Source: Podarcis melisellensis (Eukaryota). From it: a stretch of 64,000 bases of DNA. The stretch lies in NCBI GenBank assembly GCA_964234715.1, contig OZ174292.1; one strand, written 5' to 3'. Positions 1-10,600 of the stretch are shown piece by piece. The notes beneath the pieces are model-generated. The model saw only the letters and a program-made list of their open reading frames with translations, did not search any database and was not told where the DNA came from. The translations under genes and the position numbers were made by a program. Every line of letters begins with the position of its first letter. The first letter of the stretch is position 1.

Positions 1-1116
1 TTCAGGATGCTTCATGCTAACAAAAGTAGGGCCCATGCTGTGTTCACATGATTTAGCAAGTCACACATGAGCAGGGAGGTGCTGCAAGCCGTGGGCTCAC
101 GTGCTTCCCTGTCTTCCTTTCCTCCACTATCCAGAGGACCAACAGTTCTTACCCTCACACCAGTTTCCCTAAATCTTGGCTTGTCAGGGCATCCAGACCA
201 GGGACTACTGTTTGTCCCAAATGCTGGTTAGTTCAAGCAAAACAGCTTGTTTTGAAACCAACCAGAGGTTGTGATAAACAATCCCTGGTGTGGATGACAC
301 AACAAGAAGAGAGAGAGAGAGGGAGAGACTAGGAGGAAAAGGCTGTTCTTCTTGACTGTGCAGGAAGATGGGGAAATACATAAGCAAGAGGCTAACAGCA
401 GCTCCTTTCTCACTGATACTGCAAGTCTCACTGATAATGGTTTAGCATGATGTGCAAACTAGCCCACGGAGAAGAAGTTTCCATGGCTATTATTTACTAA
501 TCTCATTTATTCTGAACAGCAAAGGAACCAAGAAGTTAACTTGTCTAGCTCCTTTCTAGCACAACTGGATGTTTCCTGGTACAGAATATGCTACCAATGC
601 CTGTCCATTATTTTCCTTAATCCCTGCACAGCAAGAGACCAGCTGATTAGCTGGCAGCAACTGCAGTGGAGAGAGGAACCAATTTCAAAACTTTTTAAAA
701 ACTTTTGTTAGCTGTTCTGAAGGTCTGTGGGTAGAAATGCAGCCCAGAAATACTAAAATAACTGCTCTCCCATTTTTTAAATGATGACCCCTACACCTTT
801 TGCAGCAAATTTGCACTTATTTGTTTTAGGCATTTTTATACAATGGTGATTTTGTTAGCCACCTTGAACATGCTGATGGACAAACAGGATCTAAATCTAC
901 TAAATAACAACAACAATTACAGGGACCTTAACTGCCAGCTTGATCTCAGTTTGGAACTCACCCTAATATTTAGTCTAGAGAGCTACCTCCTTGTAATCTA
1001 AATCCTTAACTTTTTATCCTAAGCTACGCAGACCAAGAAGTTTCAGACTTTCATCAGAATGACAGAACGCCCATCGCATAAAAAAGAGCACCACTCTAGA
1101 CAGCCCTTGTCTTCAC

Positions 1117-1657
1117 CTTGGCAAGTTGGATGAGCGTGTCAAGTACATGGCGGCAGACCACAGGAGCAGCCTGGGGGTGAATATGAACAGTGGAACCGGC
1201 AGCAGCATGCTTCTCCGTGTGCTTACGCCCTCCTGCCCGCTGGATCTGGAATATGTTGGTTCGGCAACCCAAAGCAGCATCCATAGAGACGGAGAGCCAA
1301 GAAAGCTGCCCTGAGCTTTTGGATTCCATCTTGTGCAGAAGGTCGAGTGGCCGGCTGTCAGGGGCACAGGCCTTGGCTGCTCTTTTGCCTTTGTCGTCTG
1401 GTGCAGCAGTCCCCTTAGGTGTCTCTACACACAGTTCACTCTCACTGCTGCGCTGCAGGATAGAGAGCAGGCTCCGAATCACCCAGCTGCGTGTCTGTGC
1501 ATGGTAGCAAAGGTTCCGCAGCACCCGATGTAGCCTGCTAGTGTTCAGCTTTGGCTCATCCACAAAAAGCAGTACCAGCAGGCAGGACAAGGCCTCATGG
1601 TCCAACAGAAGGCGTCCACGCAGGCGGAGCAGGCTGTCCACATTGCTGCCTGATGGC
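1117..1657 (-). CDS. HUWE1: HUWE1 coding exon 65
   Basis: [23 protein letters not shown]...TLIQLAK, 541 nt. Confidence 0.95.
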
Positions 1658-4600
1658 CTAGGAAACAAGAAGACAAATATCAGCACAGAGTCTACAATGG
1701 ACTCTGAAAGCATCCAAGGTGAACAGCTCTCCCCTAGCAGTGTCTCATCTAAGTGAGGCTAGACAGTTTTTACCATGACATGCCTTGCAGCTGGTTCCTG
1801 TAAACCAGCACATCCTGCTGGCCTGGCAACTCTGCCCACTTGCTTTCAAGTTGATCCCTGATCAACTTTCAAGTTGATCCAGTGATCACAGAGCTCATCT
1901 TTCAGCTTACACAATGGAGCAGGGAGTGGTTTTTTCAATCTGAGAATTATTTATTAAACATTTTTCTACCCTTCCTCCCAAAGGAATCCATGGCAGCCCT
2001 GCAAGAACTAGGGGTTATTGGGAAGGATTGATAATTGGAAGAAGCAAGATAATACCCCTGGTTTCCAGACTTTAAGGTTAACCTTAGGCACTATACAATT
2101 TGGGAAAGTTTTTATATTTCTAGTTTCCTCAAGCATACCCAACTTAACTAATAAGTTACATTGGTTTTTCCCTAGGGATCCTAACCCTCATCTTATTCCC
2201 TCCAAAGAAACTGTGCTACCTTCCCCTATACGTCTAGTACAGTGTTAGAAACTGAGATATGAAAGCTAGGAGCTAAATGGCACCTTAAACTTAGCTTATG
2301 GGTGCAACAACAGAATGTCTAGGCACACTTTTTTAAATAACAAGAATACAAGGCTGAAAATGAATGAACTGCAGCTAAAATATTGTGTTCATTTTTCACA
2401 TGGTCTAGTCCTTACCCTGCCCCCCCCCCCATATATTCTTAAGAGGGTCTCTTCTCCTGTCTTCAGAGAGTAGTTGGAAGTGAGGAGGCAGAAAAAGGTC
2501 CTCCTTTCCTTCCACTCTGCAGTTTTAATCTGAAATCTTAGGTGCAGTACTGCGCCCAGAGCTCAGAAACTGCTCACGCTAATGAAATTCCCTGTGCAAA
2601 ATGTGCCTAGAACTATGGGAGTTTTGAACACTGATCTTGTACCTGCTGTGGCTGCTGCTACCACCCATCTGGAAGGTTCCTCCTCTTTGCACAGCCAAAC
2701 GTGTATACTGGACACCTCTGTTTCCACTGAGTCGGCTTGTGAAGGCTGAGTTAGGGGAAAGAAAATAAGCAAAGCAATCAGATCAGGAGTCGAGACATAC
2801 AGAACTAAAAACAGTAGTATGTCAGAAACAGATGTGCTTTACCTGGGCTACGCAAAATGGCAGACAAGGCAGAGGTGCTGGAGTGGCCAAAGAGACGCTC
2901 GTGCATGAGCTGGCGCTGGCGCGCTTCTTGTTCACGTCGCAGAGCCTGTGCTTCAGCAGCAATGTCAGGAGGCATGACTGCCAAAACACTGTCCTCCATA
3001 TCCTCCAGCACACTGCGCCGCAGGTCTGATGGCAACGTCTGAATGAAAGTCACAGGGTCCATGGGAGTGTCTGAGCTTGTGCTCTGGGCCAGCTCCCGAC
3101 GCTGCTGCTCTGCCCGTTGTTGTGCCAGCACCTGAGATGGGAGGGGGAAAGATAAAAACAACTTTTTGTTAAGCAAGAACAGAGCAAAAATAAAAGACCC
3201 AACCAATCTCTCTAAAATGACTCTCCTCCTTCAACCACAAATTGTTATCTCTCTTTCCTAGATGACGGGGATGTGGGACAGAAATTGGGTTCTGCGACCA
3301 CATGATGGGTGGAACTCCACAGCTGGAAGCCCCTTTTAGGGTGTGAAGTCTTGGTCATTATTAATTTAGTTCTGGAAATTTCACTATATTTCAAAGAAAT
3401 ACATATTTCACTGAATTACATCCCCCTTATGTGGAATTTACCACAAGGCAATGAACTATGAATCATGCATGCAATAAGGTAAGCCAAACACATCCACACA
3501 AATAACTTGCATATCTTGTCCTTATGTGGCCTGCAATTTATAACTTAAGCGCAAAGAGGAGAAATGCAACTGCCCAGATTTTCCTGTAACTTGTAGTTGG
3601 CAGTCCAGTAGATTTGTATTTACACCTACTTTCCTATTTTGACTTCCTTTTTTATGTTTTGTTTGTATGTTACATGTTTTAAACAATACAATTCAAGAAA
3701 TGGAAATTATTCTTTTTCAAAAAGAGGTCAGGAATCCTAAATTCAGAAAGTTTTGTTTTGTACAGTGCAGGGTCATAGGCTACATGAGTTTCCTTCAGAT
3801 TTCATAGTTCTATTATACTTGTTCCTAAACTGTGTATTATCTTTAAAAGTGCCACCTTACCTCCTCTTGGATTGCTGGAGGCAGTGCAGCCAGGAACTCT
3901 GGACTGACTTCTGTCACACTAGGGTTTCCCACCACGGGCGGTGCTGGGGTAGCAGCAGTTGTGGTAGTCGGGGCCGTACGGGCAGGAGGCCGGATACCCA
4001 ACTGGTTCTGTAGCACTTCACGCCGGATGTCATCAGGCAGAGCAGCCAGAAAAGATGGGTCTACACCTTCCGGAAGATTTATCCCTATGAAAAAGCATGT
4101 TAGAGGTAGCTGCTATCCCTACTAAGAAAAAAGGCATTGTCGTAGTATAGCTCCCTCTTTTTATCTCCTCTTCTAGTATTTACCTGCCAAGGGGTCTTCC
4201 TCCTCACTGCTGGTAGAAGGAAGGGGTTCTTCCAAGATGCCCCGAGAATCAGCACCGGAAATGGCCACCGCTGAATCTCTGGTGGAGGAGCTCTCAGAGG
4301 ATGAGGCAGGTGGGGAGCTGAAGAGCAAGAAGTGACAGTATTAGCAAGTGCAGTGCTAATGCTAAAATTGGCATATCACCCCCTTGCACCTCATCGCTGC
4401 TCCTTACCCATCATCCACCTGCTGGCTGGGATCTGGCTGGCCCTCCCTGAGGGCCTGTGCATTGGAGCCCTGCTGGGCGGTGTCTGCCGTTGCTACAACA
4501 GTGGCTCCCCCTGCCTGGTCCACATTGCTAGGGCCACCAGCCTCTCCAACTCCTTCTTCGAGGTTGCAAGAGGCCAGGCTACTGGTATCCATGGGTGAGC

Positions 4601-7600
4601 CCTCCAGCTGGCTGCTGACTGCTGTCAAGGCATCAGAGTCTTCAGCCCTCTCTGGAGAAAGGGAAGCTGGTGGAAAAGGAAAGAAAGGACTGAGAGATAA
4701 GTCTGACAAATGTCTGTCAAACCTGAATTCTTTTCATCAGATTCAGCCCAGAACATGGAAAGGACAGAAACCTACCCATTGACCTCCTTCTGGCTTTTAG
4801 ACACCCCTCCTAAGAAGTACTGATAGAAGCACTTCCTGAAAACCTGATACACTGGATTCAAATTCTGCTGCCTATTATGACAGGGCTCTGGTTCCAATTC
4901 AGCAAGGAAACTTCTTGTTTTGGCTGTGATATACCCTTCACCACCACCTACTATACAGTAACAGGCTTCAGAAATTGCCTGTGAAGACTGTCAAGGCAGA
5001 ATACTGAGCTGAATTGATAGGTCTGATCCAGCACAGCATTTTTATTTTTAAAAATGAGAGATTCAAAATGTGAGTTTAAACCTCAATAAAAAGCTACTTA
5101 AAAACAAACAAACAAGCAAACATCCAGCCAAATTTTGAAAGCTAGGATCAAATCATCAGGTGGGTGAGCAGGCTTTTAGTTTCACTTTGCAAATTTTAGT
5201 TAATATGCAAATATATGCACTTTTTAAAAATTGTTTTTATTAAAAGATTTTCTTGGGTTACAAAAGTACACACAGCATTTCTGCTTTCCGTTCAGAGGAC
5301 CCTTTCTACAGATCAGTTATACTTGATGTGAGACACTTATGTTATAGACAGTATATGGCATGGGGAGAAGAGAAGTGGGGAGAGTGTATGCGTAAGGTTT
5401 TCGTGTCAGCGTCACGTGGCCAGGTTCTCTCTCTAATCATTTATTAGTTTTCATTGGTGGCAAGAGAGGTTGGGGGCAGGGCATGGTTGGTTGCAGTGAG
5501 TTTTGTTTGTGTGTATGAGGTGGAGTTGTTGTTAGGGTCAAGTTAGCCATATTGATTTGTATGCTGCTGGTGGGTTCTTGTCTTGTTGGGCTGTGTATGT
5601 AATAAAGGGGAGCCACACTGGGGTGAAGGTGTCCTCTTTTATTTGCCCCTCTGTCAGTTTCAGTCTGTTGGCTAGCTGCTCTAGTAGGGCTGTTTCCCAT
5701 ATGGTTTGGTACCACTGGTTCATGTTCTCTCCAGTGCCTAGTTATGATGCTCCTGGCCGCTGAGTAGGTAGGTGGCTGATGAAAATATATGCACTTTAAA
5801 ACTATTGCTGCCTTCTCCTGAACATGTGGAAGATGGTAGGAATCAGAGTATGTTTATGCACGTACAAGTGACACACAGCCAGAAAGGGGGTAACACCTGC
5901 AGCAGGGTGAAGCCTGGGGCCACTTACTGATGGTGGGAGCCGGTGAAAGCTCCATCTGTGTGGCCTCAGCATCAGTGCTTGGCCTCCCAGGGCCTGAGTC
6001 CTCCTGTTCCACCGGCATCAGCAACTGCCCAGAGCCCTGGGCATTGGACTGCCCCGCCAGCTCTGAAGGAAGCTCGCCTGCCCCTGTCACCTGCTGCTGT
6101 TGCTGTTGGGGGCTCTCCAGCGTGACCAGAGTCTGCTTGGGGCCAGCAGAGGCATCTTCAGCTGCAGCTGGGACTGCGGGATAGCCATCAGGATGGGCAG
6201 CACCATCTGGGAGCCAAGAGAGGGAGGGAGGCTGTCTTAAAACCCAGACCACTGAGCAGCAGCAGGATTTCAAGCAGGGAATTGGCTTCACCCTGCACCC
6301 TCAAGGTTAGTTCAAAAGCTGGGCACATCAAACACCCACCCCAGTCCTGGGTACTTCACTCCTCCCAGGGAAAGTAGTAAGTTGTATAGTTATCTCTGAT
6401 TTGGGGCACAAATCCCTACCCCACAACAATACAACTTACTACCTCACCCCAGCAAGAGCAACGTCACAAAGCCTCAGCGTCAGGCAACTGGTTCTTCCCC
6501 TATCTGAACAGCCAGTTTTTAAAAAATCCTGCAAAATCTTTTCACATAGATCTGAGGAGAACACTCATGCAGATGATCCTCTCCCCAAGCCACAGCAAGA
6601 TCCAGGGAATCCTGCCTACAAGATCTAATGACACACTATCCCACTATAACCCCCATCCCCAAATTTCTGTCCACATCTAGGGATGGAACCAAGGAACTCA
6701 GGGGCTTTGGTTCCACATTTCATTCCTGAGCCCATGTTCTTTCCTCCTGAGCTAGGCGTGGTTTCTCAGTGGCTTCTCTCTTCTTCAGTGCTGGCACGGC
6801 GAGTTGCGAGTCCTCATAGGAAAGACAGTAGATTGTATAGTTATCTCCAAGACCGGGTGTGACCCTAAAACTATACAATCTACTACCTCATCCCAGGGGG
6901 CCCAGGAACAGCATCTGCTTCAGCTGAGCTGAGGGAAGAAGACACAATACAGACATAGAGTAAGGGAACAAATTACCTGGAAGGTTCTGCTCAGCAGAGC
7001 TGTTTGACTGGGGTAAGGCTCCCTGCAGAGGGGGGAAAAAAAGTAGGTGAAGATTCATCTGATTAAAATTCATCGGGACAGGAAACTGCCTATGTAGCTT
7101 CTGACACCCAGGACAAGGAAAGGAGGCAGAAGTTTCAGGTCACAGCTGTACCTTTCTTCTACAGTGGTACCTCTGGTTACAAACTTAATTCGTTCTGGAG
7201 GTCCGTTCTTAACCCGAAACCATTCTTAACCTGAGGCGCGCTTTTGCTAATAGGGCCTCCCGCTGCCGCCGCGCCACCAGTGTGTGACTTCTGCTCACAT
7301 CCCGGGGCAAAGTTTGCTACCAGGAGCACCTACTTCCGGGTTAGCAGAGCTCGTTACATGAAGCGTTCGTAAGGAGGATGGTACGTAACCTGAATGCCTT
7401 TTGCTACAACAGCTCTGCCCGATTTTCATCTAGTCCAGTGAGGCAAATCTATCAAAATGTTCTCTTCTACATAGAAGCAAGCATTCTAAATACTGCTGGA
7501 AAATGTGTTGATAAGTTTTCCTTTCTGTAATTGGTTGACAAAGATATCCGGCTTTTATAGACTATATACAGAAAAATGTCAAGATATTCTATTCCCTCAG

Positions 7601-10600
7601 ATCCAAAAACAATCTTGCTAAACTGTCTTAGATTTCCTTCTCCTTAGTTTAGATTTAACAGCTAAATTCTTTATTGAAAGAGTAAGAGAATGACCACTTT
7701 CTCTTCTGCAAATGTTTGGAACAATGGCTAAAGATACCAATCCAATAGAATTATATCAATGAGCAAACTTCATGACAATATCCTCATAGCATTGACAGGC
7801 AGAGATATGAAGAAACACATTAAAGTGTGTCCATCCCTGTCTCTGCTAACTATTATAGGTATGACTGTTACCATATTCCACTTACTGCTGGTGTCTCTAT
7901 TCTTGATAACAGAGTTTCTTTTGTTCCTGTAACAGTGTGGGGGTGGGGTGTTTTTAAAAAGAACAGGTGTAAGACCTGGCTCTAGGAAAGGAATGTGATG
8001 ACTTTCCTTCTTACAAAGAGCTACAGTGGACGCTCATGTTGTGAATGTGATCCATGTGGGAGGGACGTTCACAACCTGCAGCATTCGCAACATGCAGCGC
8101 CGCGTCTGTGCGGGTCGCGATTTGGTGCTTCTGTGCATGCATGAGCGACGAAACCCGGAAGTAACCTGTTCTGGTCCTTTTGGGTTTGGCGCAGTGCGCG
8201 ACCCGAAAATGCGCAACCTGAAGCGTCTGTAACCCAAGGTATGACTGTACTAAGAAAGATCAGCTCTCAGTTTAGTGTCTGAGTTTCTGCTTGCCTTCCT
8301 GATGGGAAAGAAAGGAACAGAGGTTTATTCTCTGATTTCATCTCTGTCTGCCATGTGCAAAAGAGCACACAGACATGTGGAATTATATACTGAAATGACA
8401 GCAGGGGTTTCTATTTTGTGTTTTCCCTTATATACCTAAGTGAATGAAGATCCCCAACTTTATTTTAAGGTGGCCCACTTGCCACAATTTAAAGTTTACC
8501 AAAAAACAGTTCACATCTTTGCTCTGGAGCAGAACAGATTTGCTGTCTTATCAAGCTACCAAGACCTAAACACGTCTGCTGGCATTTTCATTCCAAATTC
8601 TAGGTACTCTGCTTCTCATTTACAACCCAGTTGCATATATTCAAGGTGATATTCAACTGATTCGCCCTACTGATGCAAGCATTACCACGTTCCCTGCTTG
8701 CAGCCCATGCCCTCCCTGAAACTTCTCCGGAGGATTTGGGGAAACACCCCTAGAACAGATTTAGGGATGCACAGGAGGAGAGTGTTCCATTGTGCAAGCA
8801 GAAAGCCTTGCGCTAATTTAACAATTGCCTTAGTTCTACAATGAATACAACTCTTAGTCCTGTCCCCACACCTGTCACAATGCAGCTTCCTTAATGAAAA
8901 CCATACCAGATGAAATCAGTCCTGCTGAAAGTTTGCCATTTAACAAGCTTTTTAAAAAGGTCACAGATGTTCAAGTTGGGCTTCTAACCTGGGCATTTTG
9001 CTCTTTGTCTTCTGCCTCCTTGGCCTTGTCTGCAACTTTGGCCTCCTCCTCAGCCAGCTGTTTGCGCCTCTTCTCTCTACGCTCCTCTAGCTCCTCATCT
9101 CTCAATGCCTCCAGGTGGTTGATAATGGGAACTTTGACCACTGGATGGAGAAAAAGCACCAGATTAAATAGAGCCAAACAGAGAAGGGCCTGCATTGGCT
9201 GAAGCAAGGAAAGTTACTTGTTAGCTCACCTGACACACAGTCATGCATGCTTTCTGCATCTAGTACTTTGCATTCTTCTGTCCAGCGTGTCAGGGCAGTA
9301 GGGATGCTTGACAAGGTTCCTATAGAAGGAAAAGTGGAGGACATATTACTGATAAGCCAATCCATACAACAGCTCACCAACACCCTCAAGACCCACAGCT
9401 GTGCCGTTGGCCAGCCATTCTCCACATCTGCCTAACAGCTGAAAACGTGAACTGACTCCATTGATAAAGATGTTTGAATTGATGCACAATGGTATAAAAA
9501 TGTTGTAGGCACCTGACTGCTAATTCACAAAAGGTTCTTTTGCAGTCTCCTAAGCATCCCTCAAATTTTTCCATTTGATTTTTTTAAAAAAGAAAAAATG
9601 AAATTTCAAAAAAGTGTTACTGACCAACCACTCCCAAAAAGTCCTGCTTTGGAAGGTAGCCTTGAGAACTTTAGTTCTCATTGCACCCATATTTACACTT
9701 TGGCTCCCTGAGGGCTGACCATAGGGTTGATGTGGCCCCCAAAGGTTCAGCCATTCCCACTGTAGAGTTTCAATCTATTGGTCCTTTTGATTTTACCTAC
9801 AAATCTAGTAAACAGTCTTAAGGACTTGCCTGCCTGGCTGGTGGCTGTGCTCTGGTCATGGAAGAAGTCATCCAGCAACTCATCATCTGAGCGAGCGATT
9901 ATGTGCACGTCGTCATTGCCTACTAGAAGGCGAGCTCGACCTCTGCTTTGTAGTGGGAGGCTACTGCTTAGTTGAAGAATATCTGCAGCTGCTGAAGGGC
10001 CCAACAACCTAAAGAAGACATTAAGGGAACACTTGTTTTCCTACACAGAGATACAGTGACTTCTAAAAGAGTCCCCCAGTTCTCAGAACAAGATTATGGG
10101 AACACTGGGGCAAACCAAACTGCGTTGGGATGTTGCCAGAACAATTCACTGTTCTGTATTCTACAGCTTTTGACAAAATGTGATACTCCTCCACTCCCTC
10201 AAGTCTCACCTCTGCAGGATCAGAGGTGGGTTGGGCTGGCGGGTGCCAGGGTAATGAACATGGATGGTATGGCCAGTGTTTGCTGTCAGCTGCCGAAGGG
10301 TCCTCTGGCTGCGGCCAATGCCTTGCGCCAATCGCGTCGTGGAGGAGCCACTACCCAAAGTCAAGGAGCTATGGTCTGCATGCCGTACCATGAGTGGATG
10401 AGTGGCAGGAATATTGCCAGGTGATGGAGGAATATCCGCTGGGAATAGAAATAGGCAAAGTTAGCAAGCCAAGATGGGGCTTTGAAGACATACAAATATA
10501 ATTTCCCTGGAGACAAGAACTAGCCTGAAATAGGGTCAACAAAGCCATAATTACAAAGCCTCCCAAATTTCAGAGCAACATTTTGGAGCTAGAAAACAGA

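Noticed and set aside
1843-1888. Two-copy tandem repeat CTTTCAAGTTGATCC...TGATCA
   Set aside because: Simple local duplication; not an array, and CRISPR is not applicable in vertebrate intron DNA
7023-8988. A third let-7 hairpin upstream of let-7f-2
   Set aside because: No let-7 mature sequence or hairpin seen; the intron holds MITEs and degraded LINE-like sequence
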